Source: Phycisphaerales bacterium
Lineage (GTDB): Bacteria > Planctomycetota > Phycisphaerae > WQYP01
Length of the DNA: 64,000 nucleotides
Reading direction: 5' to 3'
Assembly: GCA_027451365.1 (NCBI GenBank)
Contig: DAIDJN010000005.1
Span: 1-64,000, forward strand
In this document: one piece after another, positions 9,418 to 18,650 of the stretch
How positions within the stretch are numbered: position 1 is the stretch's first letter
How the letters are laid out: each line of letters starts with the position of its first letter
The notes under the pieces: model-generated
The model's database searches: none
What the model saw: the letters and a program-made list of their open reading frames with translations, nothing else
Told to the model about the DNA's origin: nothing
Position numbers and translations under genes: made by a program

Positions 9418-10648
9418 GTGCTTTGTCAACGCAAAATATTAGGATATGGCAGTAGCCCGCACGGTAGCGGGTGAGTTTGTAGGTAATAGAGCAAGGACGC
9501 TCATATGCAAAAGAAATATATCGTGCGGTTGTCGGATGAGGAACGTCGCGAGTTGTCAGAGGTGGTTCGCAAGTTCAAAGGGACGAATGAAAAGGTGCGG
9601 CGTGCCCAGATTCTTCTGAAAGCTGACGCGGATGGGCCTTGTTGGACAGATCGGAAAATCGCCGAGGCCTTCGGCTGTCGCACCAAGACAGTGGAGAATG
9701 TTCGGGAACATTTGGTGGAGCGGGGTTTCAAGCAGACACTTAACGGTGTCAAGCGGGCGACCAGTCCGACACCGAAGTTGCTTAATGGTCAGCGGGAAGC
9801 GCAGATTATAGCGGCCCGTCTGGGGCCACCGCCTCCCGGATATGCCAACTGGACCCTGCGTTTACTGGCCCGCCGCGTGGTGGAATTAGAGATCGTGGAA
9901 ACCATCAGCCACGAGACGGTGCGTCAGACATTAAAAAAAATGGCATGACGAATCGGAAGATCGAATATTGGGTCATTCCTCCGGAGGCCGATGCTGAGTT
10001 TACCGCCAGCATGGAGGAAGTGCTCGCCACCTACGCCCAACCGTATGACGCGGCCAAGCCGGTCTTATGTATGGATGAACAGCCGGTGCAACTTTTGAAG
10101 GAGACCCGCCAGCCGATTCCGGCAACCCGGACGCATGCGCGTCGGGTTGATTATGAGTACGAGCGGGCCGGCACCGGCACGATCTTCATGTTTACCGAGC
10201 CGCTGGCGGGCTGGCGAGAAGTCCAGGTTCGGGCCACCAAGACCAAGGCTGATTGGGCCCAGGAGATGGCGCGGTTATTGGAGGGGCGGTATGCCGATTG
10301 TCCGCGTGTGGTGCTGGTATGCGACAACCTCAATACGCATACCAAGGGCGCTTTTTACGAGGTATTCGATCCTGAGCGTGCCCGGCAACTGGTAAGCCGT
10401 TTGGAGTTTCGACATACCCCCAAGCACGGTAGTTGGCTGAATATCGCGGAAAATGAACTCAGTTCTCTGACACGACAATGTGTTGCCGGAAGGCGGTTCG
10501 GTGACCTTGAGACACTACGCCACGAAACGGCTGCGTGGTCGTCCGATGTCAATGCAAAACAAAAAGGCGTCCAATGGCACATGCAGATAGCAGACGCCCG
10601 CAGAAAACTCATCAGCGTTTACCCTAAAATTATGACGTGACAAAGCAC
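9418..10648 (+). mobile_element. IS630-family insertion sequence, complete
   Basis: Terminal inverted repeats GTGCTTTGTCA (9418-9428) and TGACAAAGCAC (10638-10648). TA duplication at 9416-9417 and 10649-10650. Reconstructed target CTAG. Confidence 0.95.
9505..10640 (+). CDS. IS630 transposase in two overlapping ORFs (9505-9948 HTH; 9945-10640 DDE), probable -1 frameshift
   Basis: RRAQILLKAD, WTLRLLA, ISHETVRQTLKK, then A8 tract at 9933-9940. Second ORF has CMDEQP, VCDNLNTH, TPKHGSWLNIAE. Confidence 0.92.
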
Positions 10649-10790
10649 TAGCCCCTGCCAGATGATAAATAATGGCGACATGCGATGTTTTCTCCATAAA
10701 GTCCGACCTGCTGAATTTGGCGTATGCTGCGAAAATCAGCCCAACGGCATAATAGCGATAGCCCGAAAGATTGAATCCGACGGCCACGCG

Positions 10791-11033
10791 TCAATTGAAC
10801 CGGTCTTGCCTTCTGACCGAGCCAAATGATTTACAATGCCTGCACCAGCGTCCGCGGCCAAGTGTGGCCCAGGTAATCAGGTAAACACCGGTCGGCAGAA
10901 GGATGATAGCCAAAAGCCAACACCACGGGTAAAAAGGCGCCAATCCGACAATCGCAGCCACTAGCAACCCTGATATCAAGAGCCGGCCGCGGGGTTTGAG
11001 AATTAAATCTCCGCCACAGATTTTGCATTGCAT
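10791..11033 (-). CDS. Small membrane protein with split CxxC...CxxC zinc ribbon
   Basis: MQCKIC, two hydrophobic helices, RWCRHCK. GGATAGG upstream of ATG. Confidence 0.65.
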   Translation of the reverse strand: MQCKICGGDLILKPRGRLLISGLLVAAIVGLAPFYPWCWLLAIILLPTGVYLITWATLGRGRWCRHCKSFGSVRRQDRFN

Positions 11034-11271
11034 AACAACCTATCCCAAAAGCAGCAGAGGAACTGTCAACTCATGTAGATTAAACATGGCTACTGTATAT
11101 GTCAATTTTCGCAGACGGCGGGGCATTGCAAGGGGTGGCATTTTTCGTGGCGAACTCAATTCATTGGTTTAACAATCAGTGGCGGGCACATAGCACCTGG
11201 AACGGTTATTGGGGCAGCCCCAAATTTCTGTGGCGCGGCTGTGCGGAAAATGCGAACCGTTTTCAGGCATA

Positions 11272-11457
11272 GTTGGGGGCGGACCGGGGGGGTGGCGGGA
11301 CACAAGCCGCTCATACTGTAGCGGCCAGACAGTCGCGGTTAATTCCCGGCAGGCGGACTTCTGGCCTGAAGGAATGTAGCGGTCGCGGGCCCCTGATGCC
11401 CCGGACCGCTTCCACGAAACCTCCGGTGTAAATCGCAAAGACGTGGCTAAACCCAAC
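11272..11457. ncRNA. Candidate structured RNA, 6S-like rod with central bubble
   Basis: Nested complementarity in a non-coding gap: GTTGGG/CCCAAC, ACCGGGGG/CCTCCGGT, GTGG/CCAC, GGGACACAAG/CCTGATGCCCC, CCGCT/AGCGG and apical GGCCAGA..AGTC/GACT..TCTGGCC. Strand unresolved. Confidence 0.4.
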
Positions 11458-11655
11458 GGTCATGGCGCATAAATTCGCAGCGGCGGTCGAAAATATAAAC
11501 TGTTTTGCCGAAGCGATGGAGATGTACCGCACTGAAAAGCCGTTTAAATTCCGGCGGCGGCAAAATAGAATTGTTCTTGGAAGCGAAGCGCCCGGTTATC
11601 ATAATGGACGTTCCGCCGTACTGGAACAGACAGGATTGCAAAAGGACCCGACTGC

Positions 11656-12996
11656 ATGACCAAGTTACGAATATCGCCTGACGAATCACATGAATCCCGT
11701 TTTGCGCAAAGGAAATGGACAGGAAATGTGTCGGCATTCTGGCAGATATTGCGAGGCCGGATGGCCGACGATCGCATTACCCAGCGAGCGGCGGCGCTGA
11801 CCTACAACACACTTTTCAGCCTGCTACCGACGCTGGTTCTGGCGCTGGTGATTATGTCGCTGGTGCTTTCCGGAAAGCAGATTCAGCAGGAAGAAACGCA
11901 ATTAATCAGTCGGCTCGGATTAAATCAGATGCAGACGCGGGGCGCAAGTTCGACGCAACCATCGCTGTTTGTCAATACGATCATCAACCAGATTCAGACC
12001 ATGCGTTCGGTACTCAAAAGCCCGACGACGGGCATTGTCGGCTTTATTACCCTGCTATGGGGAGCGATCAGCCTGATGCTGGTCATTGAAGCCGCCTTTA
12101 ATGATATTTATCGTGTCACGACCAAACGGCCGTGGGTACGCAAATTTGTTCTGTACTGGTCTGTTTTATCATTAGGTCCCCTGGCGGCGGTATTTTCGCT
12201 TTTTCTGTCGGCCAAACTCTTCTCGGTGGCCGAGTCATTAAAGGCGGTAAGCATCGTGTTTACGCCAATCAGCATTCTGGTCAGCTACGCGGGTGACTGG
12301 GTTCTGTTTCTGGTCTTTTATAAACTTATCCCCAATACGAACGTTAAATTCCGGGCGGCGGCGACGGGGGCTTTGGCCGCCACACTTTTGTGGGAAGTTG
12401 GAAAATATGGTTTTGGCCTGTATGTGAAAGACTTGGCAGGCTACGGCAAATGGTACGGCAACCTTGGCCTGATACCGTTGTTCATGTTCTGGATATATAT
12501 TACTTGGAATTTCGTACTAATGGGGCTGGAAGTGGCGTTTATCACGCAATATTTTGGCATATTGCGACGCCGCTATGTGCTGGGTCGCGGATTTCATATG
12601 CCCCTGATTGACGCCCGCTGGGTCCTGCCACTGGGAGTGCTGCTGGTGCAGCATTTTAAGAACGGTGAAAAGATTTCAGCCGACAAGGCGGCTGGCGAAT
12701 TGGGCATTCCGCTGGAAGCAACCACTCACTTGCTGGGCGCATTGGCCAAAGTCGGCCTTGTTCACACTTTAGACGGCCTGCCCCCGCAATTTGTACTGGC
12801 TAAAGCGCCGGAAGACATCTCGGTGGAAGACCTGCTAAAAGCCGCCAGCGAACGCTGCCAGCTGGTGTCTGATTCCGCGCATGCGGCTTCCACCGGTGAT
12901 CCGCTTCTTCGCACGACGAAACTTGTTGAGATGCATACCACGGAAAACGACTGGCACAAGCGGCACACGCTGGCCAATCTTGCCGCGGGTGAGTAA
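11656..12996 (+). CDS. YihY/virulence factor BrkB family membrane protein with C-terminal Rrf2-like wHTH
   Basis: AAALTYNTLFSLLP, IEAAFNDIY, LYWSVLSLGP, YGKWYGNLGLIPLFMFWIY; C-terminal LAKAPEDISVEDLL. Confidence 0.9.
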   Translation: MTKLRISPDESHESRFAQRKWTGNVSAFWQILRGRMADDRITQRAAALTYNTLFSLLPTLVLALVIMSLVLSGKQIQQEETQLISRLGLNQMQTRGASSTQPSLFVNTIINQIQTMRSVLKSPTTGIVGFITLLWGAISLMLVIEAAFNDIYRVTTKRPWVRKFVLYWSVLSLGPLAAVFSLFLSAKLFSVAESLKAVSIVFTPISILVSYAGDWVLFLVFYKLIPNTNVKFRAAATGALAATLLWEVGKYGFGLYVKDLAGYGKWYGNLGLIPLFMFWIYITWNFVLMGLEVAFITQYFGILRRRYVLGRGFHMPLIDARWVLPLGVLLVQHFKNGEKISADKAAGELGIPLEATTHLLGALAKVGLVHTLDGLPPQFVLAKAPEDISVEDLLKAASERCQLVSDSAHAASTGDPLLRTTKLVEMHTTENDWHKRHTLANLAAGE

Positions 12997-13126
12997 TGAC
13001 TAAAGGTGTGATCACCCGCGCCACGACAAGCCGCGACAGGACTCTGACAGAGATGGCGATCCAGGGCGTAAACCTCCAGTGTTTTTTTGACTGGATGTGA
13101 TTCTTTGAAAGCGCAGGAGCAACGGT

Positions 13127-13711
13127 ATGGCGAAAACCGATAAGTCGAGTTCTGAACCAGGGTTCTCCCTGGGCGGATATCTGCTGATTGCCACACCCGC
13201 GCTGCTGGATCCGAACTTTTACCGGGCCGTCATACTGCTTATTCAACACGACCAGCAGGGTGCGATGGGCGTGATTCTTAACCGGCCGCTCAATAAGACC
13301 ATTGGCGAAGCATGGCTGCAGGTAAGCGACACAGTGCTGACAAATGCCCAGCCGCTCCATGAAGGCGGCCCCTGTCCGGGTCCGCTTCTTGCGCTGCACA
13401 AAATGAAACCCCACACCGATATGGAAGTCGCGAAAGGTATTTATGCGGCCATTTCCAGCGAATCGGTTACAGCGCTTGTTGAGGGCAACGTTGCGCCGGT
13501 TAAGTTCATATTTGGAAATGCGGGCTGGTCGCCGGGACAATTGGAAGTTGAGATCCGCGAAGGCTCGTGGCTGCTTTTACCGGGCCGACCGGATACGGTA
13601 TTTGGTCCCACCGAAGGATTGTGGCTGCGCCTGACGCGCGAGGCCTCCCGCCGGGCGGCAGCACCGTCTATTCCAGATCATATTGTACCCACCGACCCGC
13701 ACATGAATTGA
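13127..13711 (+). CDS. YqgE/AlgH (UPF0301) family protein
   Basis: LLIATPALLDPNFYRAVIL, GAMGVILNRP, GGP, GWSPGQLEVEIREGSW. AGGAG RBS. Confidence 0.92.
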   Translation: MAKTDKSSSEPGFSLGGYLLIATPALLDPNFYRAVILLIQHDQQGAMGVILNRPLNKTIGEAWLQVSDTVLTNAQPLHEGGPCPGPLLALHKMKPHTDMEVAKGIYAAISSESVTALVEGNVAPVKFIFGNAGWSPGQLEVEIREGSWLLLPGRPDTVFGPTEGLWLRLTREASRRAAAPSIPDHIVPTDPHMN

Positions 13712-13923
13712 CCCTACGCATCACGGCGCACATGTTCAACCCATGTTGCTGTCAGATTCTGTTGGCCAATCGGCGAACATCCGCCACGGCGCAAACATGC
13801 GGCATTTATGGAAACAACATATCATAAAATATGTAGTTATGTCTATAGTTTTAATCTACCTTATCCTGCAGGTGAATGCGTGGCCACCAGAATTCTTTGC
13901 GTCATTTCCTGCCTTTATGTCAT

Positions 13924-14439
13924 TCAGAACGCGGTTGGCTGAATCATTTCCCGGTAGGTGACCTGGTAGCCAACGCTGGCAAACAGCGCTTGCGCCGCGG
14001 GATTGCGATCCGCGGCAATCAGCCGCACTTGCGAGACGCCCTGGCGACCGGCCCAATGACGGGCTTCGTTGAGCAACGCCGCGGCGATGCCTCTCCGCCG
14101 AAATTCCGGCAAGACCGCAATTTCATGAATAAAGGCGTAACGCTGACAGACGTAAATCGGAATCTCATTCATCAGATTGGCCACCAGCGTTCCGGCAAAC
14201 AGGGCATCAGATCCGTCAGTTTGGGGCACATGTGCACACAAAACCAGCCATTGCGGATCGCTTATGACGCGGCTCAACCATTGCGGATATTTTTCTGAAA
14301 CGTCCGACCGCAGACTCCATCGCAAAGGCGAATATTCTTCATGCTGTCTTTCTACACGCAGGCAGAGGTCAGAAACATTCAGCACATCGGCCGCAGTCGC
14401 GGGCGAAATAAGAACCGGTTTAGGAGTCGTATCAGCCAT
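13924..14439 (-). CDS. GNAT family N-acetyltransferase
   Basis: IHEIAVLPEFRRRGIAAALL acetyl-CoA motif and NPAAQALFASVGY. Confidence 0.88.
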   Translation of the reverse strand: MADTTPKPVLISPATAADVLNVSDLCLRVERQHEEYSPLRWSLRSDVSEKYPQWLSRVISDPQWLVLCAHVPQTDGSDALFAGTLVANLMNEIPIYVCQRYAFIHEIAVLPEFRRRGIAAALLNEARHWAGRQGVSQVRLIAADRNPAAQALFASVGYQVTYREMIQPTAF

Positions 14440-14515
14440 GCGTAAATTATACCCGCGCGCCGTCTGCGGGCCAGGCCGCCCATCGTGCGCGTACGCAACC
14501 AGTTTGGCTTGGCCA

Positions 14516-16849
14516 TTATTTCGATGCCGGTGCGTGCACGCAGGCGTAAAGCAGAATATTTTCCGCCAGTTTCTGCGACCAGCGCGGTGTTAAACCGGAA
14601 ATTCCCCAGCAGTTTGTGCCAAGGAGGCCGGAAGTGACATCCGACCGCGACACCACCACCGCCCAGCGGTGATCGAGCCTAATCCCGAAAAGGCGCGGCT
14701 TGGTCCGCGAGTGATGGCGGGTTTCATTGTAAAACTTTCGATAGGCAACATGTCGAAGGTTGTTGCCAGACAGTGGCCCGGCAAATTTTCCGGTAATGAT
14801 GGCGGCGTTCGCCGGCACACGACGCAACGGCCGTTCGGGATACATTTTCGCAAGCAAGGTCTGAACCGCCGCGGTAAACACCGAGGAACCACCCGCCGAA
14901 TCAATAAACAGCATTCCACCATGGTCGAGATAATTTTTAACTGAATCCATATCCGCTGAAGTCGGCATCCAGGCGGCGGTCCCGGTCAGGTGCAGCAGAG
15001 GAACGGCCTTTCCGTTGGCGGAGATACAGGAAATATTTTTCACCTTCACCGCCAGGCCGAAATGCAATGCGGCCAGCCTCGCCAGGCGCGGCCACGCGCC
15101 TGGCTCTGGATTCCAGTTGCCTTTGTACTTAACCAGGCCCAAAGTGATCGATTTTGTCGGCGGCGAAGCCGGAGCCGGCACATGCAGGGTTTGCAGGCGA
15201 TCGGGCAGAAAGCTTTTGCCGGTTGCGTATAGATAAAGATTTTCCGCCAATTGCCAGTCGACCGTGCGCGAGTATTGCCGGCGCTGCCAGATTCCTCCAA
15301 TATCCACCGGACTGACGATCCAGGTATCTCGCACGCCGTTGGAAAGTCCGAAAAGCGGTGTGTAAACATGCAGCCACGGGCGAACGGTATAAATCAGGCT
15401 TTTTCTGGATAGCTTATGGAATTCGTAATTGCCTCCCTGAACCTGCTGCGCGATTTTCATAATGCCATTGCGAAAACCGATTGAGCCTCGCACCGGTGAA
15501 CAAAACACCATACCGCCCGCGTTGACGAACTTGCGCAACCGGGCAATTTGCCCGCTGGAAAATTGCGGAGCACGGAAGCCGGACATATACAAAACCGGCG
15601 CATTGAGCCAACGGCGAGCGGGCGTGTGGATATTTACCACCTGCCAGTTGAGCGGCGTTTCAAACGTGCTTCCCATCCAGGAACAGACATTGGCAAGATC
15701 ACGCGGATGTGCATTCCAGCGGCCAAAATAATGGTGCGTATACTCCAGCTTGTTCATGAACACCGGATTTAACCCGCGATCCAGAACCAGCAAAGCATAG
15801 GCGGTGCTGGCGATTGGTGAAACATCCCAGAAACAGCCGGGCCAGCTTCCATCCGGCTGCTGCATGTTGACAAGGGTGCGCGCATAGTCGCGGTACCAGT
15901 CGTGCGTACCAAAGGTGGCCAGACCGCTGGCCAGTCCGGTACGCACCACCCCGTACATTGCGTACGTGTTGTTCTGATTTGGATCAAAATTCCGGTTAAG
16001 CCAATGCAGCCCTAGCGCAACCGCCGGGTCGCGAACCGGTCGAACGCTTGAACTGTTGGCATTCAGAAACTCATCGCTGATAAACAGACTGGCCAGGCCG
16101 GCCGGCGTGAAAATCTGGCCACGGGTCGTTGAACGTGCCGGCCGGCCAACAAATCCCCAGTAGCCCCAGTCGCCACTCTGGTGCTGCGCCAACATCCAAT
16201 GCTGCCGCGCGATGCGCCAATAGCGGCGCGGAATCTCAAGGCCGTGGTGGGCACACGCCCAGACCCCAAGATTGCCATATTGCGTGTTCGAACTGTCCCA
16301 ATTTCCCGGGCTTGTTGGAAATTTCTGTGTGCGGCCAGGATAGATCGCATAAGAATAGCCCCCATCCAAATGCATACTGTGCAGCAGAAAGCGGGCATCG
16401 TAAGCGAAGGCAGCGTTGGTATTCCAAATTCGCTTTTTGGGTAAAAGCGCCAATGCATTTGCCTGGAACGATGCAACATAAGTGGCGTGGGGGCGGAGTT
16501 TTATTACAAACGGAATCGCACCCTTAAGCGGATCATCGAAAAGATTCACACTTTTAAGATGCAATGACTGCTGAACATAAAGAAGGGATTCAAGCACCAG
16601 CGCGGTCTGCCCACCATACACACTGGCAGACGGCCCGCCACCGATGCCGGCTCGCTGCCCGCGTTCCCAGAACAGATGTTTTCGCGACTTGGTTAAAAGA
16701 AAATGTACACCTTTCCGGATCGCCCCAATAACCTCTAACGATGAAACACCCTGCGCCCCGGCGGGAGTAACCTGAAAACCCAATCCCAAAAGTCCGGCGA
16801 GCATCAGGAAAAGAACCGAATGCGGAGATTTTAGCGAACGGTGCTTCAT
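14516..16849 (-). CDS. Secreted protein with prenyltransferase/squalene-oxidase-type repeats and tandem DUF4159 domains
   Basis: Signal peptide; QHQSGDWGY, QQPDGSW, DSSNTQY; two repeats LRKFVNAGGMVF and VKNYLDHGGMLFIDS. Confidence 0.75.
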   Translation of the reverse strand: MKHRSLKSPHSVLFLMLAGLLGLGFQVTPAGAQGVSSLEVIGAIRKGVHFLLTKSRKHLFWERGQRAGIGGGPSASVYGGQTALVLESLLYVQQSLHLKSVNLFDDPLKGAIPFVIKLRPHATYVASFQANALALLPKKRIWNTNAAFAYDARFLLHSMHLDGGYSYAIYPGRTQKFPTSPGNWDSSNTQYGNLGVWACAHHGLEIPRRYWRIARQHWMLAQHQSGDWGYWGFVGRPARSTTRGQIFTPAGLASLFISDEFLNANSSSVRPVRDPAVALGLHWLNRNFDPNQNNTYAMYGVVRTGLASGLATFGTHDWYRDYARTLVNMQQPDGSWPGCFWDVSPIASTAYALLVLDRGLNPVFMNKLEYTHHYFGRWNAHPRDLANVCSWMGSTFETPLNWQVVNIHTPARRWLNAPVLYMSGFRAPQFSSGQIARLRKFVNAGGMVFCSPVRGSIGFRNGIMKIAQQVQGGNYEFHKLSRKSLIYTVRPWLHVYTPLFGLSNGVRDTWIVSPVDIGGIWQRRQYSRTVDWQLAENLYLYATGKSFLPDRLQTLHVPAPASPPTKSITLGLVKYKGNWNPEPGAWPRLARLAALHFGLAVKVKNISCISANGKAVPLLHLTGTAAWMPTSADMDSVKNYLDHGGMLFIDSAGGSSVFTAAVQTLLAKMYPERPLRRVPANAAIITGKFAGPLSGNNLRHVAYRKFYNETRHHSRTKPRLFGIRLDHRWAVVVSRSDVTSGLLGTNCWGISGLTPRWSQKLAENILLYACVHAPASK

Positions 16850-17347
16850 CGGCTTGACTCCGTAAATACTGACAATCCATATTATTTAGCCGCAGGCAAA
16901 GTGTGCGGAAAACGATCAGCCCAGAGGATTCACCGAATAAGGGATATTTCATCGAAAAGTGACACAACAGCCGAGCGCAAGAAAGATTCCTCCGCCGGTG
17001 GAACCGCCAAACCCAAGTTATGCAACTGTTTCATGTTTTGTATCATATCCATGCGTACACCGCGAGTCAAGCGATTTTACGCATCAGTACCGCGATTGCT
17101 CAGGCCTTGGGACCAACCTTGGCCGCCGCACCGCGGATACATCCACCGGGCCCGATTTTCTCGGACATTATCCATTTATTGGAATACAACCACTCTTGTG
17201 ATTTTTTTCAGGATCTATCCATTGCTTCACCACCACATTCGGGTTTCGATATGAGAAGTTATCCCTCGTGAGAAAGTTTGGCAAATACCCCAGACCATTT
17301 TACTGATGCCCCTTTTCTAAATTGCGGTTTTCTAATATCTTCTGGCC

Positions 17348-18160
17348 ATGGCTATCGCCGTGTCGGCATGTATTATTTGCAAGAATGAGGCGGACAAAAT
17401 CCGCGTCTGTCTGGATTCATTGAACTGGTGCGCGGATATTGTCGTGGTTGATTCCGGTTCGACCGATGCGACAGTTTTGATCGCCCGGCAGCACGCCACC
17501 AGGCCGCGGGTAATTCACCATGACTGGCAGGGCTATAGCCGCCAGCGGGAATTTGCCGTTCAGGCCTGCGCAAATCCGTGGGTTCTGGCATTGGATGCCG
17601 ACGAAGAATGTTCACCCAAACTGGCTCGTGATATACAGAATATATCCGAGGCGGCGGCTGCCCAAATTGCCATATTTGAAATGCCGCGAAAAAATTACCT
17701 CGCGGGCAGGTTTGTGCGATGTTGGTCACCGGATTATCAATCGCGACTGATACATCGAGATCGCGTGGAATGGGACATCAGTGCTCTGCCGGAAAAACGC
17801 CAGCCACGGCCCGAGTTTATCTCCACCAAATTGGGCGGAGCAATTCTGCACAACCGCCTGACACCCTATCGGAATACTGATTTTAATGACGGACCCGTAA
17901 TGGCCGAGCGTGCCGCCCTGCTGGCCACTCAAATGGCCGCGTGCGGCAAACGTGCCACACTTTTTAATATGCTTACACGGCCATTGTTTACTTTTCTGAA
18001 ATACTATGTGCTGCGCGGCGGGTTCTTGCAGGGACGCTTCGGTCTTGCAATTGCCTATAAAACAACCGTAGGCGTGGTGCTAAAATATAGTCTGCTGTAC
18101 GCACGGCAGAATCTGGCTTCGGAAACCGACCGCAGCCCAGCCAACCCATCCGAAAAATAG
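17348..18160 (+). CDS. Glycosyltransferase family 2 (WaaE/KdtX-like)
   Basis: IICKNEA, VVDSGSTD, WVLALDADE, FLKYYVLRGGFLQG. Confidence 0.9.
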   Translation: MAIAVSACIICKNEADKIRVCLDSLNWCADIVVVDSGSTDATVLIARQHATRPRVIHHDWQGYSRQREFAVQACANPWVLALDADEECSPKLARDIQNISEAAAAQIAIFEMPRKNYLAGRFVRCWSPDYQSRLIHRDRVEWDISALPEKRQPRPEFISTKLGGAILHNRLTPYRNTDFNDGPVMAERAALLATQMAACGKRATLFNMLTRPLFTFLKYYVLRGGFLQGRFGLAIAYKTTVGVVLKYSLLYARQNLASETDRSPANPSEK

Positions 18161-18650
18161 TCGCAAAATAGCGCGCTGGCACAAATCGGGAAGTCGCGTC
18201 TGGCCTAACGAGCAAGGCAGGTGCATTAGTGTCAGACAGCCCTGCCCCCATGAAAAACCATCAGACGATAAGCCGCAGCAGTTGTCGCTGGGCGATGTGC
18301 GTGCTATTCTCAAAGTGGAAAATGTGACGTTATTCACATTTAAGAACATAAATGCCCTTTATGGCCATCCGGACGGGTTGCAACATCGAACTTATTGTCC
18401 GGTGAATCGCCAATCCGACGGCATGGCAAAACAAGGGCATATAATTGTTTGCGTTTCAAGCCCTATATGACCGAAACTCATAAAGGGGCGGCGAAACGAG
18501 GTACCAGTTGGGCAAGCGCGGTTTTGTCGCTGGCGCGGCTGAAAGCGTCCAAAGGATTTGGACAACAGAAATTGCAGTTGTTGCAGTCCATAAAAAAAAT
18601 GACCAACCGACGGCATCGCCGCATGATGGACACAAGGAAACGAACCAACC

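Larger units (their letters stand above)
9098..10681 (-). pseudogene. Small membrane protein gene interrupted by IS630
   Basis: Removing the IS and one TA restores MSPLFIIWQG-L-GFLVAVIIFGSS...HHSLFFIPMHWWG...IFR*. ATG 10681 has a GGAG RBS; the junction falls in the Leu codon CTA. Confidence 0.85.

Noticed and set aside
1..10650. Composite transposon carrying the bufferin and ars genes
   Set aside because: The two IS elements belong to different families, and each interrupts a separate resident gene.
11318..11385. Resemblance to RNase P RNA start (CCAGACAGTCGC), SRP loop (GAAGGAA) or cobalamin riboswitch end (GCCAGAAG..CCTGCC)
   Set aside because: The other required motifs (GAGGAAAGTCC; CAGG..GGAAGCAGC; GGGAA..GGTG..CCCGCAACTGT) are missing or in the wrong order.
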